DNA from: Deltaproteobacteria bacterium RIFCSPHIGHO2_02_FULL_44_16
GTDB lineage: Bacteria; UBA10199; 2-02-FULL-44-16
Length of the DNA: 64,000 bases
Reading direction: 5' to 3'
Assembly (NCBI GenBank): GCA_001798185.1
Contig: MGRM01000004.1
Coordinates: 56,264 to 120,263 of the forward strand
Of the stretch, positions 1 to 9,321 are shown in pieces; position 1 is the stretch's first letter, and every line of letters begins with the position of its first letter. A program made the translations under genes and the position numbers. Below the pieces are notes generated by a model, which saw nothing but the letters and a program-made list of their open reading frames with translations, made no database searches and was not told where the DNA came from.

Positions 1-629
1 AAGAAACCCTTCAGAAAACAGAGCAGATGCTCACAAGCATGATCTTTGTAGATCAAGTGAACATCAGCAATGAAAGTGATCAACATCATCTCTTTCTGCT
101 GGTGGGACCAATGGCAAAAAAAATTCTCAGCGAGCGTTGGAATGAAATTCCAACCGAACCATTTCGTTTGAAATATGCAACCGAAGAGATGACTTTTTTC
201 TGGTTTGAAGATCTCTATGATCAACCGATCTGGTATGTGATGACGACAACAAAGAGCGCTGACAATATTCGCGAATATTTTTTAAAGAAAGCGACACCGA
301 TATCCTCTCAGGCAATTGAGCTGGTGCGCATTGAAGCTGGCATTCCAAAATATGGTGTCGATATGACTGAAGAAAATATTCTTCTGGAGGGGAATCTCCA
401 ACACGCCTATGCTCGACAAAAGGGTTGTTATCCTGGCCAGGAAATCATCGAACGCCTCCACACTTATGCAGATGGCAAAACCCCGAAGGTCATCACGAAA
501 GTGGAAGTCAATGGCAACACCCCCATTGAGGGCGCAACCTCTTCCCTCTTTAATCCTCTTTCCGGAAAAACCGTTGGACTTGTAAAAATAAAAAGGGAAC
601 AGAAGAAAACTCCAGATTTCAACGAATAA
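1..629 (+). CDS. YgfZ/GcvT-like folate-binding protein, C-terminal part (5' end outside window)
   Basis: The frame stays open back to base 3. Contains the YgfZ-type signature KGCYPGQE and the GcvT-like IEAGIPKYG segment. Confidence 0.6.
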   Translation, partial: ETLQKTEQMLTSMIFVDQVNISNESDQHHLFLLVGPMAKKILSERWNEIPTEPFRLKYATEEMTFFWFEDLYDQPIWYVMTTTKSADNIREYFLKKATPISSQAIELVRIEAGIPKYGVDMTEENILLEGNLQHAYARQKGCYPGQEIIERLHTYADGKTPKVITKVEVNGNTPIEGATSSLFNPLSGKTVGLVKIKREQKKTPDFNE

Positions 630-1473
630 GCTCTCTCAACTTCGCAAGATTTTCGGCATCATACTTTTCTGGATCTCCTTCTTTTGGTGTTTCAAGGACC
701 ATGGGAAGTGCGAGGAACCTTCCGTCATTCATGAGATGACGAAAACCTTCAAGACCGATAAAACCTTTTCCAATGTGATCATGCCGATCGACACGAGTTC
801 CCACATCTTTTTTGGAATCATTCAGATGAATCGCACACAGTTTTGAAAGACCGATCGTTTCATTGAAATGCTTCCACATCTGTTCATAACCACTGATAGT
901 TCGAAAATCGTAACCTGCAGCAAAAGCATGTGCGGTATCAAAACAGACAACCGCTCTCTCTTTATTTTCAACACCATGAAGAATTTCTGCGAGATGTTCA
1001 AAACGATAACCCAAACAGGTTCCTTGTCCGGCAGTAATTTCAAAAGCGATTTTGACAGAAGAATCGCGAGTGTGATCAAAAAGGCGATTGGCCATCTCAC
1101 TTACAACTTTCAAACCCTGAGCTTCCCCTTTTCCCATATGAGCGCCAGGATGAAGCACCACAAAGGCGAGCTGAAGCTCCTCAGCACGCGTCAGCTCTTG
1201 AAGCATGGAAGCAAATGATTTTGAGGAGATCTCTTCATCGGGTGACGCAAGGTTAATGAGATAACCGGCATGTGAAAAGATACTTTGTAACCCGGAAGCG
1301 GCACGCCGCGCATGAAAAGTATCAATCTCCTTTACGGCAAGAGGTTTGGACATCCATTGATTATTATTTTTCGCAAAAATTTGCATTGCTCTTAACTGCA
1401 ATGTGTCGGCAATAAGAAACGACTGAGAAACACCACCTGCAGTTGAAACATGAGCACCAAGGAGTCTTTCCAT
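619..1473 (-). CDS. nfo: Endonuclease IV (AP endonuclease, TIM-barrel)
   Basis: Motifs LGAHVSTAGG, HPGAH, CFDTAHAFAAGYD and IHLNDSK..DRHDHIG. Start placed at Met50 of the 333-aa ORF (ATG at 1473), where the family similarity begins. Confidence 0.85.
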   Translation of the reverse strand: MERLLGAHVSTAGGVSQSFLIADTLQLRAMQIFAKNNNQWMSKPLAVKEIDTFHARRAASGLQSIFSHAGYLINLASPDEEISSKSFASMLQELTRAEELQLAFVVLHPGAHMGKGEAQGLKVVSEMANRLFDHTRDSSVKIAFEITAGQGTCLGYRFEHLAEILHGVENKERAVVCFDTAHAFAAGYDFRTISGYEQMWKHFNETIGLSKLCAIHLNDSKKDVGTRVDRHDHIGKGFIGLEGFRHLMNDGRFLALPMVLETPKEGDPEKYDAENLAKLRELIR

Positions 1474-1674
1474 GGCTTGGAGAAGAGCGGGAAACAATAA
1501 AATTGTCAATCTACACCGCGCGCCGAAGCATCCGCCTTCGTCGCCCATAATGTTTGGGGGACTACGGCGTGATACCCGCCCACATGACAAATTTTTGCGG
1601 AGGCGGGTAAAAGCCCTCATGACATGGTTGCAGTGAAATGCTAAAATACTGTAGGAATACTTTACAATAAAATT

Positions 1675-4600
1675 ATGAGCGACGATTCATTCTATCCTAC
1701 TGACGAAGAACTCAGCAAATCGAGCACTGGGCGCCGACGCCTTTCGGCAATCATGTTCACGGACATCAAAGGATTCACCACGATGATGGAACGTGATGAA
1801 TCGACCGCTGTTGGTCTTATTAAACTGTATCGCGACATCGTCCGCCGTCTGGTGCGTCTCCATGAAGGCGAAGAACGCGAAACGATTGGCGATGCCTTTC
1901 TCGTGATCTTTGAGAGCGCATTGCAAGCAGTCGAGTGTGCCGTTGCCCTTCAACAGGAGCTCGCTCGATTTAATAAAACTCGAGCTCCGGAAAAACAACT
2001 TTGGACACGTATTGGAATTCATGTTGGTGACATCATTGTCGAAGAAGGTTCTATTTTTGGAGAAGGAGTCAATCTCGCAGCGCGGGTTCAAACGCTTCCA
2101 CCTCCCGGCGGAATTACCATAACTCAACAAGTATGGGTTCAGATCAAAAACCGCGCTCGATTTCAAGTTCAAAAACTTGGTGTCCGAGAGTTAAAAAATA
2201 TCACGGACGTTCCCGATATCTATCGCGTTCTTTTTGACTCTGAAGCTCCTCCCATTCCCGAAACACGTCGTGAAAAAATCGAACGTCTTCTCAAATTCCC
2301 TCCCATTCGATGGGGAGTCCCCACCCTTACGATCCTTGTGAGCGCATGTTTTATCTACTCCTTCTTTTTCGCGACCCATATACTTCTCACCTCATCAGTG
2401 ACATTTTTATATCACGCTCCTCATCCCATTGATTCTTTATCAATCTCAGAGGCAGCAAAGCTGCAAAAATATATCAAGCTTATCAAGAAAGGTTCGAAAG
2501 TCATTCGGATGGAGATGGTCAATAAAAAAGGAATTCGTCCTGAAGACATCGAAGAATTTTGGTCTTTTCAGACAAAGAAGACTGCGCGCAGAGAATATCC
2601 CGTCATTGAATTTTCATATGCGAAAGGTCGCGTTTCTGAAAAACGAGTCTATGATGATTTCGGCATTCTTCAACATAAACTCCTTTTTAAAGAGCAGGGA
2701 CAAGTGGCCACGATTCATGATGCTTCAGGATTTGTTTCCACGTTGGAAAATCAAATTTCAAGTTTTGGATACCGCTTTGATGAACGTGGCTCGCCTATGC
2801 GTCAAGAAAACCGAAACGCCTTTGGAGCGCTTCGCAATGACGCTTTGGGCGTAGCGATTTATCTGTTCTCTTCTGATCAAAAGGGAAGAACTCTCAAACA
2901 AGAACATTATGACGCACTCGGAAATCTCATTGAAAACAAAGATGGCATTGCCACCATCACCTTTGAATATGATAATCATGGCTTTTTAAAAAAAGAAATT
3001 GCCACGGATCGTTATGGCACTCCAAAAGAAATGACCAAAGGTTATGCTCTTCTGGAAAGAATTTTCCACGTTTCGGGCAACATTAGTGAAGAACGTTATT
3101 TTGATCGCAATAGTTCTCCCATTGAAACCAACGATGGAATCTGCATCAAACGATTTCTTTTTTCCGAGGATGGGTTTCCGACAGAAGAAATTTCATTTAG
3201 TTGCGCAAATTCAGCAAAGACCAATCGTTTTGGTTGGGCTTCACGACGTTTTGTCTATGAAAACAAACAGCTTAAAGAACTTCTTTTCTTTGATGAAGAA
3301 AAAAATCCAACCGCCGATGCAACAGGCATTCATCTCATCCGCATCGAACATGATGCAAATGGTCGCATTGAAAGCCTTCATTATCATGACATCACCAATG
3401 CGCCGGCAGTGAATCATCAACAAATTCACGCCGTGCGCTATCGATATGATGACAAAGGACATCCAATCAGCAGAACCTCTTTAGGGAGAGATGAATCGCT
3501 GCTGATCAGCAGCGCCGGATACGCAGAAGTGCGATTAAAATATGACGATCGCGGAAACGTTACGGAGCAAGGTTATTTTGATACCGAAGGAAATTTCATC
3601 AACACCCATGAAGGTTATGCTCTCGTCAAAATTGAGAATGATTCTTTCGGAAATCAAATTTCTCGCAGTTATTATGGAAAAAAAGAAGAGCCTGCATCAT
3701 CTCGACGAGAGTTATGTCACGTCGTTTCATTTCAATATGATAAAAAAGGCGATGTCGCGCAAACTTCTTGCTTGGATGAAAAATTACAGCCAACACTGGG
3801 ACATAATGGCTGCGCTATTTCAAAAACAACGTATGATCAAGCAGGGAAATTGACTGTTTTTGAATGCTATGCGGCTGAAGGAAAACTCATCAATGACTCC
3901 ACCCGATTTTCTGTCCTCCACATCGATTATGACAAGCGTGGATATATGAGCGAGATTCAAGCATTTGACGCAGAGGGAAATCTTTCCGAACGTTATCAAG
4001 GAGCAGCAACCTGGCGTTTTAAATCGGATGCTTTTGGCAATCAAATTGAAATTGCTTTCTATAATAAAAGCAATGAATTGATGATGAATCCAAAATATCA
4101 TGCTGCCATTGTTCGCCGCGAATATGACGAACGCGGCAATGAAGCGCGAGCCGTGCTTCTGGATGAAAAAGAAAACCCGATCATCGGTATTTGGGGATAT
4201 GCAGAACAACGTTTAAAACATGATGAGCGTGGACATCGCATTTCGGAAGCGTATTTCGATGAAGCTGGGAATCCAGCGACCAATCGTATTGGGGTTCATG
4301 AATATCGCTGGACGTATGATGAACAGGGACGCGCGAGAGAACGGTACTATTACGGCAAAGATGGTCAACTCATTCTCAATAGTGAAGGTGTGGCAATGTA
4401 TCGATATGAGTTTGATGAATTTGGTCACATGAAACGCGTTCACTATTATGGAACACATCAAGAACTCGTGGTACATCGTCAGAAAAAAGCTGCCATCGAA
4501 GAGTTCAAAGTGGATGATCGTGGCAATACCATTCGCATTTCACGTTTTGATGAAGAAGGAATCTTTTGCCAAAGCAAAGAGTGTATCCCCATCACCGAAC

Positions 4601-5085
4601 AACAATTTGACACCAAGGGTCGTCTTCTGAAACGGAGTTTTCGCGATGCGCAATCCCAACCGATCGTCGATGAAAATAATGTTGGCGCTTATCTTTTTGA
4701 ATATGACACTCAAGGAAGAGTTGCTCTTGAAAAACTCTACAACGCTGCAGATGAACCGATGACTGACAAATTGAAGGTTCATCAATATCAGCTCCACTAT
4801 CGTCCTGATGCTGATGATGTCGTGTGGTATTCAACGTATGGCGACATGGAAGGAGCGCGCGCAACGGCAAAAGATGGTTCCTCAGTTCAAATTCATATGT
4901 ATGATGCTCTCTATCAACGAAAAAAAATAGCCACCGCAAATGTCACTTCATCTGGAGCCATTATGACTATTGATTGTTATGATGATCTCGATGTGAAAAT
5001 TTCGAAAAAAGATTGTGTGGTTCCATCTCAAATCTTGAACGAATTTGAAAAAATAAAACCTCAACTCTTAGTCGAGCGGAAGTGA
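1675..5085 (+). CDS. Class III adenylate/guanylate cyclase, one TM helix, ~880-aa YD-like repeat region
   Basis: N-terminal cyclase motifs (IMFTDIKGFT, ETIGDAFLVIF, GIHVGDI, GEGVNLAARV). Hydrophobic helix around aa 215-237. More than 20 copies of a [YF]-D-x-x-G core (YDDRGN, YDERGN, FDEFGH...). Confidence 0.8.
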   Translation: MSDDSFYPTDEELSKSSTGRRRLSAIMFTDIKGFTTMMERDESTAVGLIKLYRDIVRRLVRLHEGEERETIGDAFLVIFESALQAVECAVALQQELARFNKTRAPEKQLWTRIGIHVGDIIVEEGSIFGEGVNLAARVQTLPPPGGITITQQVWVQIKNRARFQVQKLGVRELKNITDVPDIYRVLFDSEAPPIPETRREKIERLLKFPPIRWGVPTLTILVSACFIYSFFFATHILLTSSVTFLYHAPHPIDSLSISEAAKLQKYIKLIKKGSKVIRMEMVNKKGIRPEDIEEFWSFQTKKTARREYPVIEFSYAKGRVSEKRVYDDFGILQHKLLFKEQGQVATIHDASGFVSTLENQISSFGYRFDERGSPMRQENRNAFGALRNDALGVAIYLFSSDQKGRTLKQEHYDALGNLIENKDGIATITFEYDNHGFLKKEIATDRYGTPKEMTKGYALLERIFHVSGNISEERYFDRNSSPIETNDGICIKRFLFSEDGFPTEEISFSCANSAKTNRFGWASRRFVYENKQLKELLFFDEEKNPTADATGIHLIRIEHDANGRIESLHYHDITNAPAVNHQQIHAVRYRYDDKGHPISRTSLGRDESLLISSAGYAEVRLKYDDRGNVTEQGYFDTEGNFINTHEGYALVKIENDSFGNQISRSYYGKKEEPASSRRELCHVVSFQYDKKGDVAQTSCLDEKLQPTLGHNGCAISKTTYDQAGKLTVFECYAAEGKLINDSTRFSVLHIDYDKRGYMSEIQAFDAEGNLSERYQGAATWRFKSDAFGNQIEIAFYNKSNELMMNPKYHAAIVRREYDERGNEARAVLLDEKENPIIGIWGYAEQRLKHDERGHRISEAYFDEAGNPATNRIGVHEYRWTYDEQGRARERYYYGKDGQLILNSEGVAMYRYEFDEFGHMKRVHYYGTHQELVVHRQKKAAIEEFKVDDRGNTIRISRFDEEGIFCQSKECIPITEQQFDTKGRLLKRSFRDAQSQPIVDENNVGAYLFEYDTQGRVALEKLYNAADEPMTDKLKVHQYQLHYRPDADDVVWYSTYGDMEGARATAKDGSSVQIHMYDALYQRKKIATANVTSSGAIMTIDCYDDLDVKISKKDCVVPSQILNEFEKIKPQLLVERK

Positions 5086-6153
5086 GACCGTCAAATCACT
5101 TCCTCCTTTTGTTTTCTTTAAAAGAACCTTTCCTCCATGAGCGCGAATAAGATGTTCAACAAGTGCAAGCCCAAAGCCTTCGGAAGAAGGCGATGGTTTT
5201 CCCTCTCCTTCATCGCGAAAGGTAATGGCCACCAAAGGCCGTTTCCCTTCATGCATCTGTTCAATCGACACTGACAACGTTCCTCCGTCCCGATTCTGTT
5301 TAATCCCACGATCCAAAAGATGAAAAAAAGCGCGCTCCATATGCGAACGATGCATTGGAATTTTTAACGATTTGGCTTTAGGATCAATCTCAATCATCAC
5401 ATGTTTTTTCTGCGCCTTTGATTGCAATGAAGTCGTTAACTTTTCAAAAATTGTCCCCACCGAAATAGACTCCTTCTTCACACTTGTCTCTTGCTGCTGC
5501 AGTTGAACAATTCTGGAAATATCATCCAACAGAGAAGCAAGATGATCGGTATGTTCACGAATACTTGCCAGAAATTTTTTCCGATGAATTTCATCCATCA
5601 GCACATCATCTAAGACTTGTGAAACACTATGAATGACTTCAACGGGAGAGCGCAATTCATCTGTAACCGTGCTCATAATTCCCGGAACAATCGTCTCAAT
5701 TTCGCCCTTTAATTTTTTACTCTCAATCGCAATTTTCTTAAAAATGTCGGAAACCGAACGAAGTCGTCCGGATAAATGCATGGCATAGTTCCGATAGATC
5801 ATCATTGCAGCGCGCGGGTTGTGCTGAAGAAATTGTTCCAATTTTTCCGAAGGGAGAACTAAAAGAACTGTTTGCTCGAGCGCAGTGACTCGCGCTGAAC
5901 GAAAAGAGCGATCCAGAAGCGCCATCTCACCAAAAAATTCTCCTGGTTCAAGCACACCTAAAATCTCTTCATCATCATGATGATCTTTTTTGCTGACCAT
6001 CACCTGTCCTGATTCGATAAGATAAAGCGCATCACCGCGATCGCCTTCATTAAAAACAAGATCGCTTCCACGATACTCACATCGCTGACAAAGCAAACGA
6101 AGTTCTTGAATGCGATCAACTTCCAGCCCAGAAAAAAGTTTCATTTGTTCCAT
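5068..6153 (-). CDS. cNMP-binding domain protein fused to a histidine-kinase-like module with a degenerate H-box
   Basis: CAP/cNMP motifs (GDRGDALYLIESG, FGEMALLD, RSARVTA). HisKA-like segment TDELRSPV has Asp where the phospho-His is expected. HATPase G1/G2 boxes present (DEGEG, GFGLAL). Confidence 0.75.
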   Translation of the reverse strand: MEQMKLFSGLEVDRIQELRLLCQRCEYRGSDLVFNEGDRGDALYLIESGQVMVSKKDHHDDEEILGVLEPGEFFGEMALLDRSFRSARVTALEQTVLLVLPSEKLEQFLQHNPRAAMMIYRNYAMHLSGRLRSVSDIFKKIAIESKKLKGEIETIVPGIMSTVTDELRSPVEVIHSVSQVLDDVLMDEIHRKKFLASIREHTDHLASLLDDISRIVQLQQQETSVKKESISVGTIFEKLTTSLQSKAQKKHVMIEIDPKAKSLKIPMHRSHMERAFFHLLDRGIKQNRDGGTLSVSIEQMHEGKRPLVAITFRDEGEGKPSPSSEGFGLALVEHLIRAHGGKVLLKKTKGGSDLTVSLPLD

Positions 6154-6375
6154 GAAAAATTCCTATCATATTGATATGACTGACATCGTATCAAAATTTT
6201 ATTTGCCTTTATACGAAAAAATAGTGTACCATTCATTAAAGCATGAAGGGTATGGATTGGGCTGTGAAATGTAGTCAAACAACGTAATAGTTACGGATGC
6301 CGCGAACTCCTGATGAGGAATCGCGGTTTTTTGTTTGATCTCTTCACACGTTCCAATCGCAGAAAGGAAATGACG

Positions 6376-6585
6376 ATGGCACGCGGTAAAGTAAAATGGT
6401 TTAACAACGCAAAAGGATATGGATTTATCGCTCCTGTTGACGGAGGAGAAGATGTGTTTGTTCACTTCTCTGCCATTGGCGGAGACGGATTCAAGACGCT
6501 CAAAGAAAACGATACCGTTGAATTCGAAATCACAGATGGACCAAAAGGAAAACAAGCAACGAATGTACAAATCGTCGCATCGTAA
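6376..6585 (+). CDS. Cold-shock protein (CspA family)
   Basis: [14 protein letters not shown] (RNP1) and DVFVHFS (RNP2). AGGAAA Shine-Dalgarno upstream of the ATG at 6376. Confidence 0.9.
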   Translation: MARGKVKWFNNAKGYGFIAPVDGGEDVFVHFSAIGGDGFKTLKENDTVEFEITDGPKGKQATNVQIVAS

Positions 6586-6607
6586 CTTCTCGTCCACTGA
6601 TTTCCGT

Positions 6608-6636
6608 AAAAGGGGCGTTTCTCACGCCCCTTTTTT
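6608..6636. terminator. Rho-independent, probably bidirectional terminator between csp and ldcA
   Basis: AAAA-GGGGCG-tttctca-CGCCCC-TTTTTT. Perfect 6-bp GC stem flanked by an A-run and a T-run. Confidence 0.8.
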
Positions 6637-6637
6637 C

Positions 6638-7555
6638 TTATCGAACTCCTGATTCTTCAAAAAGAAGACATTTCTTTCGAGAGCTCAGCAAAACACGAGC
6701 GCCAATAGGCATTGTAAAATTTTCCACACCATGTCCAGATGGAAAACCCCACAAGACAGGGAAAGAAACTCCATGAAAATATCGTTTTAAATATTCTCGC
6801 ACATTTCTTTTGGAATTATGCAAGCAGCCCACCATTTCGGAAAAAACAACTCCCTTCACCTGATCAAATTTCCCTGCGGCTTTTAATTGATGCAAGGCTC
6901 CATCAATGGCCATGTATCCTTCATCCACTTCTTCGAGAAAAAGAATTTTTCCTCGCGTATCAATTTCAAAGGGCGTTCCAAACGTAGAGAGAAGTCGCAT
7001 CATATTCCCTCCCACAATGCGACCTCGCGCTTCTCCTGGTCGAATAACGTCAAGAGCTTGATGCGTCATATCGCCGGGGCGCGCCGTCTGCGTCAGAATT
7101 TTTAAAAGCGATTCTTCTTTTCGAGGAGGCATGCCTTTATAAATTTCAGAAGCAAGCGTTGGTCCGTGAAACGTGATCCATCCATAGCGCATATGAAAAT
7201 AGAGTAAGAGAACGGTAATATCGCTAAAACCGACAAAAATTTTCGGATACGCCGAGAGATCGACTTGTTCCAGATGCTCGATAAGCGCAATAGAACCGTA
7301 ACCTCCTTCGGCGCAAAAAATCGCATGAATACTTGGATCTTGAAACATACGAATGATTTCGCGAGCTTTGTTGCGATAGCGAAGCGTTCGATTACGAGGT
7401 GGCGAAAAAATGCGCCGAGGATATACCGGTTCAAATCCCCACCATTTGAGCTTTTCCACGCCTCGCAAAAACCCGCGTTTGCGAAACGAAGAGGCAGGGG
7501 CCACGATTCCGATACGATCACCAGGAAGGAGCCGAAAAGGCTTGATCGTATTCAT
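6638..7555 (-). CDS. ldcA: LD-carboxypeptidase (peptidase S66, muramoyltetrapeptide carboxypeptidase)
   Basis: GDRIGIVAPAS N-terminus, GFSDITVLL nucleophile-Ser motif, and GFPSGHG His motif near the C-terminus. Confidence 0.8.
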   Translation of the reverse strand: MNTIKPFRLLPGDRIGIVAPASSFRKRGFLRGVEKLKWWGFEPVYPRRIFSPPRNRTLRYRNKAREIIRMFQDPSIHAIFCAEGGYGSIALIEHLEQVDLSAYPKIFVGFSDITVLLLYFHMRYGWITFHGPTLASEIYKGMPPRKEESLLKILTQTARPGDMTHQALDVIRPGEARGRIVGGNMMRLLSTFGTPFEIDTRGKILFLEEVDEGYMAIDGALHQLKAAGKFDQVKGVVFSEMVGCLHNSKRNVREYLKRYFHGVSFPVLWGFPSGHGVENFTMPIGARVLLSSRKKCLLFEESGVR

Positions 7556-7634
7556 GAGTTCTCATAAGGGTTATCTGTCGTTCGCATTTTGTGAATGATA
7601 CACCATTTTATGAATAAGAGGCAATGAGGAGAAT

Positions 7635-8840
7635 ATGAGCTTCATAAGCATCAGTTTCAGTATCTTTGCATTCAGTCTCTTTTGGAGCGCTTGCGGCGGA
7701 ACTTCCATAACAAGCCCAACCACTTCAATCGCGGTTCAAGTCGCAACGATCGATCAACTCCCTCGCGCTACCTCTCCTGTTGTCACAGCGTCTGGAAGTC
7801 TTGCAAAAAATGCTCCCCTGACCAAAGCAGCAACCACCGGTCTTTCGTTGAGGAGCATTGGAAGCAGTGCCTTTGATGTCAATAGTTCCATCGCCATGTG
7901 CCGAACTGCAAATGCGGTGAAACAGGCCATCAATGATGCGGCTCTCGGCGATATTCTTCTTTGTTTCGTTCAAACGATGGCATCCTCGGGTCTCTTTGGA
8001 CTTTCGGACGCACAATTTTATGATGGAGTTTTTCATACCTTTGCGCTCACTTCTGCAGCAGGTTTGATCGACCACTTTCGAGTAAAAGTTTTGCGAAATA
8101 CGTTAGGACAAATTACCGACTTTACGATGCAAACCTGCGCGAACGGAACACTTACGGGATTTCTTTCTCAAACAATTCAGAGCAATACCATGACCATGCA
8201 TAGCGAAGGATCAGTCGCTGCAGAGAATATCGCTGGAACTTATCAAATTGACGTCAGGGGAGAACTCAATACCAACCGTCTTTATACTTCAAAAACTGTT
8301 CTCACGGGTTCTGTCTTGAATTTTTTCGGAAACACCTATCGCGGTGAACAAGTTTTTGTCCAAGGAGCAAATACCTACACCCTGAGCGGTTACGAAGCAG
8401 GGGCCTATACGTTCAATGGCTTTTCGGGAAATTTTGAAAATCAACTCTACGCTTCAGGTCAACTGATTGATGGCAACGTCTCTCCTTCAGCAAGCACCTA
8501 TGATATTGGACTTCTTGCTCTTGGTGATGGAGCGGCAACTACGATTCTTTCAAATACCTTCGACACAGAACAGTTTACTTTTAATGATGTCCAATCTTGG
8601 AATGGCGATACCACAGCCATTGTCGCTTCGAATGAGCATACATCTGCTGCCCAAAGTGGAACGCCTCCCAACATTTCCATTCCAAATATCCAATTTACAG
8701 GAGATGAAGTCTACGACTGTTCCGCAATACCAGAGGCCACACTCACGCTTGACGTGACCGCGATTGAAAATGCGTGCGCGCATTTAACACTTGGGCATCA
8801 ATGGATCGACTGTTGGAATATTATTGAAAATGCGCCGTAG
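7635..8840 (+). CDS. Hypothetical lipoprotein
   Basis: Signal peptide with a lipobox-like LFWSAC-GG. No recognisable domain. Confidence 0.55.
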   Translation: MSFISISFSIFAFSLFWSACGGTSITSPTTSIAVQVATIDQLPRATSPVVTASGSLAKNAPLTKAATTGLSLRSIGSSAFDVNSSIAMCRTANAVKQAINDAALGDILLCFVQTMASSGLFGLSDAQFYDGVFHTFALTSAAGLIDHFRVKVLRNTLGQITDFTMQTCANGTLTGFLSQTIQSNTMTMHSEGSVAAENIAGTYQIDVRGELNTNRLYTSKTVLTGSVLNFFGNTYRGEQVFVQGANTYTLSGYEAGAYTFNGFSGNFENQLYASGQLIDGNVSPSASTYDIGLLALGDGAATTILSNTFDTEQFTFNDVQSWNGDTTAIVASNEHTSAAQSGTPPNISIPNIQFTGDEVYDCSAIPEATLTLDVTAIENACAHLTLGHQWIDCWNIIENAP

Positions 8841-8846
8841 TGGTTT

Positions 8847-8900
8847 GTCATCCCCGTGGAAACGGGGATCTCATGAGATTCCCGCTTTCGCGAGAATGAC
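8847..8900. terminator. Compound palindrome (two hairpins around a central CTCATGAG) between convergent genes
   Basis: ATCCCCG-tggaaa-CGGGGAT (8850-8869) and TTCCCGC-tttc-GCGAGAA (8879-8896), enclosed by GTCAT...ATGAC. No T-run follows. Confidence 0.3.
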
Positions 8901-8913
8901 ATAGTCCAAAATT

Positions 8914-9318
8914 TCATTCTGGTTCAACTGAACGTCGAAGAAGTTTTTTCTCGCCACGCTTTCTTTTTTCACCCAACATTTTCTCTTTCGCTTTACGTGA
9001 TCGTCTTCGTTTTTGACGTCGGATTTTTTCGATCTGCTGTTGTTTTGCGCTTTCTCGCCCTTTCTTCTGCGCTTCGATTTTTTCCATCAGCCATTGACGC
9101 GCATAGTAGCGATTGAGCGCTTGCATCCGCGTCTTCTGACATTTCACCTGAATCCCTGTCGGGAGATGATGAAGCATGACACAGGTAGAGGTCTTATTGA
9201 CCTTCTGACCTCCGCTCCCACCCGAGCGGACAAACTGCTCCTCAAGATCTTCCTCACGAATGCCAAGCTCTTCCATTCGTTGTTTGAGCGCTTGCTGTTT
9301 GTGAGATGAAACAACCAT
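8914..9318 (-). CDS. arfB: ArfB-like peptidyl-tRNA hydrolase (RF-1 domain, GGQ) with basic C-terminal tail
   Basis: GGSGGQKVNKTST motif, ~134 aa, Lys/Arg-rich tail (RRQKRRRSRKAKEK). Confidence 0.7.
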   Translation of the reverse strand: MVVSSHKQQALKQRMEELGIREEDLEEQFVRSGGSGGQKVNKTSTCVMLHHLPTGIQVKCQKTRMQALNRYYARQWLMEKIEAQKKGRESAKQQQIEKIRRQKRRRSRKAKEKMLGEKRKRGEKKLLRRSVEPE

Positions 9319-9321
9319 AAT

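Noticed and set aside
619-1620. Full 333-aa version of the nfo ORF.
   Set aside because: The first 49 codons (Cys/Arg-rich) show no endonuclease IV similarity and would run into the divergent promoter region. Met50 is used instead.
6199-6597. 132-aa minus-strand ORF.
   Set aside because: It overlaps the unmistakable cold-shock gene on the opposite strand.
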